Part shown: one piece after another, positions 10,011 through 23,100 of the stretch
How positions within the stretch are numbered: the stretch's first letter is position 1
Layout: every line of letters begins with the position of its first letter
From: Klebsormidium nitens
Lineage: Eukaryota; Plantae; Klebsormidiophyceae
Assembly (NCBI GenBank): GCA_000708835.1
Contig: DF237124.1
Span: forward strand, 1-64,000
Length of the DNA: 64,000 nt
Direction: 5' to 3'
The notes under the pieces: generated by a model
What the model saw: the letters and a program-made list of their open reading frames with translations, nothing else
Told to the model about the DNA's origin: nothing
The model's database searches: none
Made by a program: the position numbers and the translations under genes

Positions 10011-13000
10011 CTAGTGTCTCCGTGGCAGTTTTCTGAGAAAAGCCGCCCTGGCTTTCGGGTCCGTTTTGAACGACCCAAGCACCTCTGTGGTGGCAGTGCT
10101 GCTCGCCACCTTTTCGATACCTCTCGACATCATGCACATATGGCTCGCTTCTACGACTACAATGACCCCCTCTGCATGCGTGCTCGAAGCAATGGCTTCC
10201 GCAATCTGCTTAGTCAGCCGTTCCTGTACCTGCAACCGTACAAGGGAAGAAACTGTCACGACTTGGACCCAAATGAAAGCGAGCTTGTACACTCCTTTTC
10301 AGGGGTCTTCACCTTCAATGACGAAAACTTTATGTCAAAATCGCGCACAAGAAAGCTACCTTGTCGTGCACGGAAGTTAATTGCTTACTTTTGTGGAACC
10401 GACTATCACAGAACAACACAAACTTGAATACAGAATTCAGCAAACAACCGCATTTGAAACCGAACCACTCACGAAGACACGGATTGAAAGCGGAGGCCGC
10501 ATCCTCACCTGCAACCGCTGACTGTACAGCGAAACAATGCGCTCCACCTGGCCCCTGTCCAGCCTCCCCGCGTTGCTTCCCCGCACATACCCAACGTGCG
10601 CTTTTCCCAAGAACGGCAGCAAATGGTGCTCGCACTGCGAAACTAGGGGCACGCTGATCTCTGTTACGAGCTCCGTGGCCCCACCCCCCAAACCGTTCCC
10701 TTGACCCCTCAGGATACCAACGCTCACCCCGTTACCAACTCGTTCCTGCATTCCAACACGCTCTTGCTCTCGGGACTGCGCATGCGAGCACCCGTTGGGT
10801 TCGTCCGGCCACCGCTCTGTCAGCACCCCGTCCACCATCTGCTGCGAGCCCCTTGTCGCCGACAGCAACCACCTCGCGTACCGCTCCGCCGTCATGCTGA
10901 CGTCATCTTGCGTCATGCCGACGTCGTCCCCGCCCTCTGCCGCATGCAAGAGCGTCTCCACGGCCGCGACCATCTGAGGCAGCGCCGCTTCCCGAGCGTC
11001 GCCCCCCTCCAGCGTCTCTGTGCCGCTTGCTGGCCGCCGATGCTGCCGTGCGCCCATCTCCGGATCCTGGTGCATGGCGCACGGCCGCTCCTCGTCCAAC
11101 TCGGCGATCTCGCTGAAGACCTCTCCGCTGGAGTCGCTATCAGCTTCTTCTAATCCCCAATCTACGAGAAACTCTCCGGGCCCTCCGGGCCTGCCAAAGG
11201 GACACAGCTCAGGGCTTGCTAAGAGCCCGTTTCTCTCTCGTTGGTATAAGATTCTTCCCTCCTCTGGCGGCGCCTCTAATCTGCTTTCTACCTCAGGATC
11301 TAAGCCGAGCATGGCCACAAACTCGTCCCAGAGCCCTTCTTGTGGGTCACAGAAGCAGCCGCTAGCTGCGGCCGCCACCGAGGGAACCCAGTCAGAGGTT
11401 GAAGCGCCGAGGGTGCAATCCGCCTCGCAAGCGTTGCGGATGTGCCAGGACTCGACCACGACCGCCACACCTACATGAAGCAGGGAACTAGCATTCAAAG
11501 AAAGACAATTGAGGCCTGCAAGGTGGACCTCGGCATGTCCCTTCCCTAAACCAGACTGAGGAGGTGGAAAGTGTACCTCATTTATTACAGGTTTGCATAG
11601 ATACGAGTTCTTCATATCCTGAGGCATACAAACGGCATGCAAACGCAACAACAATCAGAAGATTGGAAACAGCTGCTGATCACATGATCCATCAAAGCCT
11701 CCAGTAAGGGCCACCATCGCTCAGAGTTGTTGACTGCCGTTACGTCAAAGCTGACCAGCTCTCAGGTTCCTTCCTTCAGCCAAAATGGACTCTTAGGGGG
11801 CCACTTGAGGCAAGCATCGCCTGTCACAAGCACTACTTGCTCTGCCAACTTCATACTAATCAATGAGATCCTCCAGCAACGACGTTGTTTTGCTGAGGAA
11901 GTGGCCAGAATTTGCAGCTCCCCAGAGAAACCGTGACCCACCAAACTAGATTGAGACGACGGCAAGCAGCAGCCGCACCATCACGGCTCACATCCATACC
12001 AAAGGCGGAACCAGGATGGAACCCTGGTCTTGATCAGCATTCTTGGAGGAGCGCCTATGGCCTCAACTGCTGAGGAGGAGGGGGAGGTGACCGAAAACAG
12101 AAAACGCGACAGAAGTGCCGCACCTCGTGCCGCCAGCACGCTCGCCAGCCCATCTGCAATGTCCTGCGCCAGCCGTTGAGGGGTTTGCAGGCGGCGCGAG
12201 AAGACCTCGGCCAGCCTTGCCAGCTTGGACAGACCCACCACGCACTCTGCCCCGGGAACATAGGCGATGTGGCAGCGGCAGCGGAAGGGAAGCAGACAGG
12301 CGCGGCAGTGCGAGAAGGTGTCCACGTCACGCACGACCACGGTGCCCCCGCCCGAGCTCCCTGGCAGGGCAAACAGGGCGGTGCCGACTGCGTCCCGGAC
12401 GCTCTCCCGATAGCCTGCATGATAAGCGATCGGCACTCAATTGACCAGGCTGATCGGCAACTGGTAGCAATCCCAGTCCGTTTTCCAGCATGCGGTTCGG
12501 CTAACCAAGCGGGGCAGTGCAGCTAGTAAAGCGAGGAAGCCAGCTTGTGGCAAAGTGAACATGTAAACAGACAGGCAATGATTCGAAGTGCTACAACTGT
12601 CAGGCATGGAGAAGATCACAAGCGCCATCAGAAGGGGACGGTGATCGCTGAACCACTCAGCAAAACTCTGAGGGGCTCTTTCGCTACATCAACCGCAACT
12701 GTGCTTGTGTTTCTTAACCCATCAATCGGACAAAAAGCCCTATAAGCAACAGCAGACTATACAACTATACTAACCCTAACTTGCAACTCCATCACTGCTT
12801 CAAATGACAATGCTGAGGTTAAGAGGTGCAACCTCTCCTGCCGCTGCAAACCTCACGCGCGTTACAAATCTCAATTGCAGATTGTAAATACACTAGCAAA
12901 CCCTCCCTCCTTACCTTTGGTTGCGAACCTGAGCGCCTTTGCCACTCGCAAGGGGGTCCTGATCAGGCCGTCCCGCCCCAGATCCTCCCCCAGCCCTTGC

Positions 13001-13479
13001 AGCAGCACTCTGACGGCTCCCGCCATCCTCGCCAGCGTGGCGTCATCTGAAGGGGCGTCCATCTCCGGATCTTCCAGCTCTGCCTCATGTGCACACCCAC
13101 TTCCGCAGCTGGTTCTTTCTTGGCCACTGTGAGCCGCACCGTTGCCGACACAGTTTGCAGGGCTGAACACCCCTTTCTGCACCTGCACCTTAACCGGCTT
13201 GCTCAGTGTGCCTTCCCTTTTCTTATCATTAACCTCTCCGTTTGTCCGAAGGTGACCATTCCCCTGCATCACCTCGAGATTGATCCTCCCCATGTTGCTG
13301 TGACCGCCAACTTTTCTGGTTTTTGACGAGGGCCCTAGATCACGCTCCTCCTCCCAGATCTCGTCTTGCTCCTTCCGGTTCTTCTGATATCTGCAGGCAG
13401 AGCCGCCCCACCCACTCTGCCAGCACAAGTTCAGGTCCTGCTCCTGTGCAAAAATAATCATGGCGGTAGCTGCGGCCAT
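10011..13479 (-). CDS. GCH1: GTP cyclohydrolase I, plant two-domain type (folate/pterin synthesis)
   Basis: Exons 13479-12915, 12414-12124, 11470-10509 and 10229-10011. Domain 1: [63 protein letters not shown]. Domain 2: [37 protein letters not shown]. Confidence 0.95.
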
Positions 13480-14028
13480 GCTCAGTTGACACCCCTAAAG
13501 AGAACGCCGCTGTCCACCATGAAGATTTCCTAGTAACAGATGCTCAAGGGCGTCTCTTTACGAGGAAGGCCGTTACCTACACAACTGGAAGAAGCCCATG
13601 AAATCGAATCATTGAGGGCGTTCCAGACTGAGGAGGGGAACCCAGAACTTGAAGATGGCTGAGTGGCTGCATGTGGCGTGTGTGGACCAATTTTACTGGT
13701 CATTTGATAAATCGTATTCGTGGATAAATGCAGAGACTCTAGGAGCCTGCAATATAAGGGGTTAGCGCTCCAAGTGATCATGTTACGTGACCCTGGAACC
13801 CCTTGGCAGTGGGCCCTTGCATGCAAACCCTCGTGGTCTTGGGCCTGGGTTTAAGTTTCTTGATTTGGCCCTAATATGTTCGACTGAATATGTAGCCAAG
13901 TCCCCTCCTTATGAACCGAACTAGAATGGTCCAACTTCATAAACCCGGCCTGGGACTCCAGTCCACTATTTCAAGTTTACCACTGCTGAAAGGGCGGCCG
14001 CGGCGATGCAGGCGACGTGCGCATGCTG

Positions 14029-14052
14029 TAACAAGGGTTTAAGGTTTTAGGG
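14029..14052 (+). promoter_or_regulatory. telo-box-like motifs in the GCH1/TDP2 divergent promoter
   Basis: AAGGGTTTAAGGTTTTAGGGT lies upstream of the TDP2 5' region. TGGGCC site-II-like motifs and AAACCCT occur near 13810-13845. Confidence 0.35.
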
Positions 14053-14473
14053 TCGTGAGAAACTTTAAATTCCTTGTTGATCTCTACGTCTATAGGCTTA
14101 GCTCCCATTCACAGACGCCCCATTCCAACAGCAGTGCTCTGCTGAACATCAGTGTCGGATGTTGCAAAAGCCAAAGGCATTAGGGAGGTGCACTGACTGT
14201 CGGCTGCATGTGTCGCGTTACTGAGCCTGCCTAATGAACGGCTGTCAAAGCCTTCGCAGCCTCCATAGCCTCACAAGTTTGGGCAAAGCCCATTTCAGTT
14301 TGCGAGATGCGGACCGGCCACCAGCACGCCGGGCGCTTCATCCGTCACTTTTAAAGAAGCCCATTGGTACTCTGGCATTGCCGCTGTTGAAAAGGTCAAA
14401 TTACCCTCCTGCAGTGAGTGCACTTGGCGCCCCATCCGGAGGCTTTGTTCAAACGGTCAATTGTCCAAGGACG

Positions 14474-17400
14474 ATGTCAGATACTGGGACATGGACCTGC
14501 GGCACCTGCACTTTCGACAATCTCTCACATACCCCGCGGTGTGCAGTGTGCGACTCAGAACGAGCGTCTGACAATGTGGGGCATAGTGGTCAGAGCAGCG
14601 GTGCGCAGCATGTGGCAGAGTCTGGACAGAGCGAGTGGGGATGCAGACAGTGTACGTTTATGAATCCTGATGGAGCTGCAAGGTGCACAGTGTGCAACTA
14701 CGCGAGAGAAAAGACGAGGGTGGTGGACAAGGGGCAAGAGTCAGAGGGGGAGAGAAAGCGGAAGCGGGAGACAACCGAAATGAATGGTGGCAGCCTGAGT
14801 TCTAAGGACGCCGGGGAAAGCGGAACAAAGGCTGGCGACGGGAAGCGCAGCGGACATGGTGATGGAAACAGGACGGTCATTGATTTGGAAGATAACGAGA
14901 GCCCCCAGCGCAAGTCCAACCAGAAAGGAAACGAGGGAGGTGCTCAGTTGGATGAGATAGCAGGTGCTGGGGGAAGTGGACCGGGGCCCACTGGGGCGTC
15001 GCTTTTGCACCAGCTCCATCGGGAGCGGCTAGCAAGGCTAGCGGCAAAACAGAAGGGCGGCGCATCTGGGGATGCTTCCACCTCGAATCCTGGACCTAGT
15101 GGTGCCAAAACGGGGCACTTTTCGCAGAAAGAGAAGCTCGGAGGAAATGCGGTGGGGGGAGGGGTAAGGGAGCGCGCCGGAAGCAGTACTTTCAGCCGGC
15201 CCGACCTGGAGCCAACACAAACAAGCGCGTCTACAAGAAACTTTGCCAGCACCTCGGGAGGGTCCGGCCCGGCCCCCTCCGCCAAAGCTTCCGGATCAGC
15301 AGTGTCCTCTCAGAGTGCGGCTTCCTTCGACCCACTCGTCATCTTGAGCTACAACGTGTGGTTCAACGAGTCGGTCCAGCTGCAGCAGAGAATGGCAGCT
15401 GTAGGGGCTATTATTGAGGAGCACTCGCCGGACGTGATCTTCTTCCAGGAGGTGACGCCGAACATCTACTCGATCTTCCGGCAGGCGCGGTGGTGGGCGC
15501 GGGGGCGCTACAAGTGCTCCCTGACGCCGGCAGAGATCGATCGTCAGTACTTCGCGATGATGGTAAGCAGGGAGTTGGTTTGGAGACAGGAAAGCCTTCT
15601 GACTACTGGTTTTGACTCTGTTGTTACTGCTGCGAACTCTGGTTGGGAAGGATAATGTCAACCAATGAAGGCTCGATCTTCCTGTGCAGTACATATGGCT
15701 GAAGTTGGCCATGCGTTCCGGTGATGACAGCTGGCTAGGGAGTTTGTTCTTTGAGATCGTCGTATTCAGTGATGAGGAAAAGCTTGCTTCGAAGCGGAGG
15801 TGCTTGCCCCCAGAAGGGTTACTTCAATGACGGATCGAAATACGCCTTCACTTGTAAGGTCTGTGGTCCTCTACTTACATTCTCTAATAGTTCATCCAAT
15901 CCGTAGCTACTCTGTCATCGAATGTGTTGTTAAGCTGTTTGAAATGCTCCTGGAATGTGCCGGCTTTTGATATTCGACTTTTGAGACGAGAAAGGGCGCA
16001 GTTGGGCTTCGAGCTCAAGGCGCAGCGTTGAATGGCCGAGAATTCGCTGTTTAGATTAGCGCCTGAACATGCCCGCCTCCTAAACGAGACCTTGTGATGA
16101 TGCAGGTGACACGGGTCCCTGTGAAGGCATTCCGCCATGAGCCGTTTCGCAACTCGGTGATGGGCCGGGACCTGGTGACGGCCAAAGCGGATATGGGCGA
16201 TGACCTGGAGCTTACGCTGGCCACCACTCACCTCGAAAGCCCCACCGGCAGGGACCAGATGTTCTCTGAGCCTCGAGTTGCCCAGGTGCGCATCTTATGT
16301 TTAGGTCATATCGTGTTTTTGGCCTTTCATAACTTTCCGAGTTCATGTCTTTTGGCCTCCCAAGTCGTCTTCCAGGCCGCAAATCGATTCATGCAGGTTC
16401 TTATTGTGATTTAAGAAACTCCGAAAAAAAGCTTCGCTTGGGTAGGCGAACGAATTTGCGGACCACAAATTTCTGGAGCATGATCTAGATGCAGAGGCCG
16501 CGCTTCTCTGTCCATCCTGATCTCCAACTTTCGAGGTTCAGAACCAGCAAGAACGCCGAAGTGCCCCGTTGACACCCAGAATTCTGACCAACGAGAAGCT
16601 TTGCAAAGGAGCTCGGCGATCTCTTAGCACTTCTCCCAAGTCTCTGGTGACTGGCGTGCGCGCCATTGCAAGCCTTTGGGTTTCTGATCGTTTCCCGCTG
16701 GAACGCAGACCACTCACAACGAAAAGCTTCCCTTCTATCGGCAGACGCTCGTCGTGCTGACGTGCCTGTTGCGGAGTGAAACTTCAGAGTCCTTGTGTTT
16801 CGACAACCAAAAGACTGCTTCCGCAGGCCCGCCACCCTGGCGCGAGACTTGACGCGGCTGATTCTTGAGCGAGACGTTGAACTAGGCGAGATGAAGTCCA
16901 AGGATCAACAGCACCTGCAAGCTGGATTGACAAGCAACCCTTCCATTTTTCAGGCGCGCACTGCCCTGAGTCGGCTGTCCCCTGAGCGGAACGTCATCTT
17001 TGGCGGGGACATGAACTGGAACGACCAGCGAGACGGCCCGGTGCCCCTACCCGACTGCTGGATCGACCCCTGGCTCGAGCTGCACCGGGGACAGGTCGGT
17101 TGGGTTCCTTCACTGCTTTTCGTCCAAGACGCTCTTTTCACTTCCTCAGTTTCGAAGCGAGTCGTAGTTTACAAGTGCTTGAATGCAGTGATGCAGGGAT
17201 TGTTTCTCTTTGCCGTGCGAACTTTTGGCCCTTACGATCGTTACGGTGATTCTGCCCGGTTTCTCCTGCTCCCTTGCTTCCAACATGGAAGCTCTGCAGC
17301 CTTTTCTGTAGAAGACTTCGGTCGACTGCTCGCTTCAATAGAGAACCTCTCGCCGTTCCGATCCCTCGGCTTTGGTGCTGGACCACCAGCAGTGTCCAAT

Positions 17401-17916
17401 TCCACCCCCCGGTTTGAAGCTGACATTGTTCACCATGAACAAGCCCGCAGAATCAAGTCTGCGGCATTTTCAGCCGTGTGGTGACCTCATTGCTCAAGCC
17501 ACTTGCAATAAACTTACGGCAGCGTCCCCGATTTTCCTCCTCTAAGCGGAGCAATCCTTGGCGATCTCAGTTTTAGTCAGCCAGTCAATATCTATGCCGC
17601 CAACCTCGCCGGGGCAGTCCACAAACTCATTTCAATTCTGTCTGAACCGGCCATCGTTTGTCCGCAGCCCGGCTATACGTACGACAGCGTCCTGAACCAG
17701 ATGCTGTTGGGCACGCTCAAGGGCCGGCTGGACCGCTTCTTCTGCCGGCTGACCGACTTCAGCGTGCGCTCCATCGAGATGGTTGGCCGGGAGCCCCTCC
17801 CGGGCGTGACCTACGAGAAGCCGGGCTGGGGCCGCAACCCCAAGAGCAAAACGCTGCCCGTACTCCCGAGCGACCACTTTGGGCTGCTGCTGAAAGTCGC
17901 TAGAAAAGGGCGGTGA
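14474..17916 (+). CDS. TDP2: tyrosyl-DNA phosphodiesterase 2-like (2 RanBP2 zinc fingers + EEP domain)
   Basis: Exons 14474-15562, 16106-16285, 16954-17094 and 17668-17916. Zinc fingers WTCGTCTFDN..RCAVC and WGCRQCTFMN..RCTVC. EEP motifs ILSYNVWF, IFFQEV, TTHLESP, FGGDMNW, GRLDRFF and PSDHFG. Confidence 0.92.
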
Positions 17917-19140
17917 CGGGATGGGGCAACCGGCCCACGGCCAAACTGCGGGGGAGGAAGGAACGGCGAGATTAATCCGGGGGCCCCATCCAAAGCGACT
18001 GAAACGGAGGGTGCCTACAGTGGCGCTAAATGGGGCCATGTATAGGAGAATAGCGTTCCAGTTTACCGCATCATGCATCGAAGCGGGCTTCCGAAAACTT
18101 CTCTCATCTAACTTAATTACTTCAATATGCAGGATCTGGCGGACAATCTCTGGCATTCGAGCTTCCTTCTTGTAAAACCTCTGGCCCATTGGAGTTCGCT
18201 TTTTGTAGAACTGGAAACGCGTCGCTTGCTACCGCATGTGTGACACTCTTCTTTGACAGCCTGGATAAAGCAACCGTCAACTGCAAAGCATATGCACTCT
18301 TGAACCTATGTAACTAATTCATTTTCAAGCGAATCGCGATCTGCGGGGTGCAACAACAAAAGATAAACCGTATCGTTCATTATGCTGGCATCAGATACAT
18401 GATGCTAGAATCCAGCGTCACGGCATACCATGGCCGGTTGCCATGACTCAGGCCCGTCTGCGGCCGGATGAAATCACTGGAGACATCACTCATTCCGGCT
18501 TCCTATGGTGTTACCTCCTTGCACTTTATTCAATATATTTAAACGTCGCGCCACATTTTCGATCAATCACTGCATGTCGCGATGGGTATCCTACTCATTG
18601 CAAATTAAGCCGGCAGAACCATTAGGAGTATCATGGGCTGCAAGTGACAGCTCACTGGAACATTTTCGAGACGTATGCTCAATATAGCTATCTACTCATT
18701 GAAGGGACATCACCGACTTCGATCCAATGCACTAGCTTGTATAAGATCGTACGTTAGAAGCCTGTCAGCGGGACTCGAAGTCATTTCAGATTCGTTGGCA
18801 GCACCATAATGACGTGTACTCCTTCGTCTGTTTTCAAAAGCATTGGACACTACAGCAGATTAATCGAGCCTTTGCAGTCTTGGAGATTGAAGGTGCTGAG
18901 ATGGGGCTGCATCTTCTGCTTAGAATTTCTGACGATTCTACAGCTTGTCCCGCGACGACTACTTCGTTGTGACTACGATACTCTGAAGAGCCCTAGCTGG
19001 ACTGCTTTGGCTTCCCCCTTCTGCTACAAGTGACGATCGCGATCCAAACCTTAGACCGGAATCGACCCGGGCTATCCCGCCCCGTCTCCTCATCGTCGCT
19101 TCCAGCTTCGACAGTGGAGGCTGCCCCAGGCAGCACCGGA

Positions 19141-19230
19141 TGCCAGAATCTTCCACCAGAATGATTATGTGGCATCTTTGCTTCCATCAACGACATTCGG
19201 TGCAAGAGCGTCTGCGCGGTGTGCACCTAG
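19141..19230 (+). pseudogene. degenerate F-box-like fragment
   Basis: The frame reads CQNLPPE*LCGIFASINDIRCKSVCAVCT*, which resembles the F-box consensus LP.EL...IF......CA.VC but has in-frame stops. Confidence 0.3.
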
Positions 19231-20162
19231 GTCCTAGCCTACACGGTGAAGATGCTCAATGAGCTGCAATCCGCTTCCGCGCCGACCGGAAAACTGCTCT
19301 CCTAATCCTCGGTCCAAGTACGAAGGACCCGAAACGCATGTTCCGGCTGAAAGCTGCACGTCCAGATCCCAGCCCTACTGGTCTGGAGGAGCAGAAGAGC
19401 TTTCACGCTTTCAGTTGACGCAGAATTGAGAAGGAAGCGCCAAGCAGAGCTGGTTGAATTGCAAAGCCCTGGGCCGCCATCCGCATCCTGTCCGCATCCG
19501 TTTTGCAGAGTTTAAAGTCTCAGGAGTTGATGCATGCTGAACCCTGATCTTATGCGAACCACCGCTGGCTGATTATCTTCGTAGCTTCTTCATACAAGCA
19601 TACGAAAGATTGTTTTAAGTCACGTTTTGATCTACCACTAGTGAAGGCGCACAAGCTTCTTGTGTCAAGGTTCTCAAGAGGACAGGTGCGCAAGTCTCAC
19701 GCTTGACAAATTAGCAGCAGGCACTGCAATCTACTTTGGGTTGAAAATCTGGATTTCAAGGCGAAGAGTAAGCAAATTGGGATAGCGAAGGAGGGTTGAT
19801 GATGTCAGCCATCGTTTTGGAAACCCATAAGTGCTCCATGCACTTCAACCCGAATGCAGACTGCTGGAAAGGTCTTAGCACAGCGGACTCCTGAAACGAA
19901 CTGGAGTCCTAGCTGAAATTCGAACTCTTGGTGGCATGTTAAGTGGACCTGGCACCTTGAAGGGAAAACGAACGTGAATCTGCAAAGATTGAGTGCTTCT
20001 TTTTGTGGATCTTCGATAACGTTTTTTTCTGAGATTGGAGTCGTTCTTGTAAACCTTTGTTAATCTTCCTGTTTGGGGGGTCCCCTGACGCTGGATTTCC
20101 TACTTTCCCAGGGACATTGCGCAGCATGGCCTTTAGCAGAAGTTCCCGCTTTGCAAAAGGTA

Positions 20163-23100
20163 ATGAGGAGTCTCACTACAGAAGACAAGGTAAGTTGCAC
20201 TTCATTTGGATTCAGCACATGCTCAGTCTGTTACCTACTAGGTTTGGGAAAAGAGAAGGTACCAGCTTGTCTCGCCTGATTTACTTATAGGTTTTGAAGC
20301 AGGAAGACGGGCTTGAACACTGTGCATCTCGAAGTTTTTGTCAGATCATGTACATTGGAAGATCTGGAATATTTCGAAGCTGTCCACATGTCTTCTTCTG
20401 CAGAGAGGGATTTCGAGACCCTTTCAGTTTGATTGGTGGGATTGCTGCACCTCATTTTGAAACTAATGGAACTAGAAGATATGCAGGGATCCACGCTAGA
20501 TCCGCAACCTGAGGTCCTCGCTCACACAAGGATCACCGCCCGACCCTACGTGAACCCTTGCTGATTTAAACTCTCAACCACCAATCACGATCTGATTGCT
20601 TCTTAGAGAACCACCTTCTATACATGCACTAACTCGGATTAAGATTGAAGAGAAGCTCTCAGAGGCTGGATCGTCGTCAGGTCCTGCAACGAAGTCGTGA
20701 TGCCAGGATCCACAATTTCAAATAAACAGCTATCCAATCAGGAAGTATGCTTAAAGGTCAACAGAGTCTTCTCTTTTTCAGGATGATTGATTTTCATGTG
20801 ACCTTTTCCGTTTGCTTTTAGACCTTCGCATGTACCAAGATTACTATCAACGCAAAGCCTGTCTTCCTGGCAATCTGTACAGCAGCTCTGGATTTTGCAA
20901 TCACCGCTAAGCTTGCAGGACCATTTTGTCTCCAATCAGATATACCTGAAATGTATTTTCATTTCCTCTTGCAGGCGTTATCTCCTCCGCGCGAGCCGCG
21001 GTCCCCAACGCGCGGCACTCTCTCACCGAAGCGCGCTGCCAGCGGCGCCATCGGTCGCTCCAAGACTGAGAGCGCGCCCTCGTCAAAGACTCCGGCGAAG
21101 GGGGCTTTGTCACCACCACCAAAGGAGATGGCAAGCCGCGGCCATAGAGAGCTGACGTCTCCTCCAAAGGTGGCTCTCTCATCTCAGGCGGACACCAAGG
21201 AGGCAGAAGAAACGGAGGTGCTAACCCTCCAATCTCAGGTAGGCGGTTGCTCAAGCGAACCTGTTTTGTTCCGCTGGGAGTCTCCTTTCAAGCGGTTCTG
21301 AGAAGACGCCGGTGTCTAACGCCTGCACCTTTTGGAATTTGCTTGCATATACGGAGAAATCAAGGATTTTCTACAAATGTGTAAGTCACGCTTTTGAGGG
21401 GTCATAGAGAAGTGATTCCGCTTTGAACGTGGCTACTTAATACATAGAAGTTTCAGATCTTCCGTTAATATCTGCAAAACGGAGAAAACAACCTGCACCC
21501 TAGCAGGGAATGCACCCAGTTGGGTCCTCGAAGTAGCTGCGTACCGTTCAATGACCAAGATGTTACACTTAGAGGCGGCTTGATAGACCCAACCAAATGC
21601 AGCTCCCGTGAGAAACAGGGATATCGAGATTGTCAACCCCACTCTGTTCTACTTGCCAAACAATACCCAAAACAGACCAAGAGTACGAACATACTGCCAA
21701 ACCCGTAGTCTGCTATTTTCGGGTTTGTCGTTGACCCAAGTGCAAGCAGTTCTGAGTTCAATTCTTACTTCAGCGTCTTTCCAGTATTCCAGAACTTTTC
21801 CGGCTTTCCAGTCATTCAACTTACGACTCATCGCAACCGCTTGCAGGCTCTGAATTCGTCGTCATCGAAGCGCACTCCGGCGGGCGGCTCCGCGGCCGCC
21901 GTCCAGAAGGTCCACGTGGCAGAGGCAGAGCTCCCACAGCTGAAGGCGACGCCCAGCTGGCCTGGACCAAATCCCCTCTACGGACTGGCCCGATCGGACA
22001 CGCCGGAGACACAGGCAGGTGGCCTTTAAGATCTTTTAAGTCTGATTTGCTCGAAACCATCGAGTCGACGACGGATTTGATTGCTCGACGCATTCATTGT
22101 CATCTCGTTGCTCGATATGAATGTTTAACAGGAGATTAGAAGAATGATACACGTACAAATACTCAGACAGAGTCGTAAGGTGGTACAGGAAAGGCTCGCT
22201 TTTCAAGTTCGTCCGTAAAGAAGAAGGGATTTTGTCGAACATGTTCATCGAGGCTTGAGTGTTTCAAAGAGTTGTTCTTGAAAGCATGGAAATGAAACAT
22301 TGATATTGCTTCCTCAAGCAATTGTAAGTGTCGAACCTGGAAGAGAAAGCAGCTTGAGGCTTGGGGGAGAAACACTGCTCTTAATCCTTCGGATGGTTTA
22401 GAATTACTACTGTAGTCTGAACTTAGCACCTTTGTGAAGAAAAAAGACTGAAGGAGATTTCTTCTTTGAGATCCTCGATTCTTGCCTCGACTGACCTTCC
22501 GCATGTCTGTACCCTCTGCACGGTCGACCAAACCAAAGGAACTTCAGATGCCGCGAATATTTTCTTGCACCTTTTTTCGCGGAAGAGTTTGTGGCATCAA
22601 GGCTCAGACTCTATTTTGACCAGCAATATGTTCTTCATTCCATAGTTGGCCTTCCACAGAATCAAGCAGTCTCGAAGATGCAAGCAGAGTTTGACAGACT
22701 TACTTCCTCCCACAGGTCGACGCCTCCCGAATCCGGAAGACGGCGGAGAAAGGTGGACTGAAGGACCCTTCGAAAAGGCTGCACGTGGCGCCCCCCATCT
22801 CTGTGGGCACATACGTCGGCCAGAACAAGGCAGAGGCCAAGACGCCCGAGCACCCAAGGAGGAACAGTCTGGACCCTGACATGCGCCCCCCTCTGTCCGA
22901 GTCGCCGGACTTCCAGGCAAGCAAAAGAGTTGGGACAAAACCAAGTGGCCCTGAAATGGATGTTCCTGTGACCTCGCTCGGACGCTTCGCAGAGGACGCT
23001 AGCTTTGACAAAAGCTTTCAGGAAGCGTCCAGGGAATTGCTTACTTGACTCAAGCACTGGTTCACTGCATCTTCCGACGAGCAGTCCCAAGGTTCGGAAG

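Noticed and set aside
11762-11965. Short minus-strand ORF inside GCH1
   Set aside because: Exon 12124 splices directly in phase to 11470 ([12 protein letters not shown]), so this ORF is intronic.
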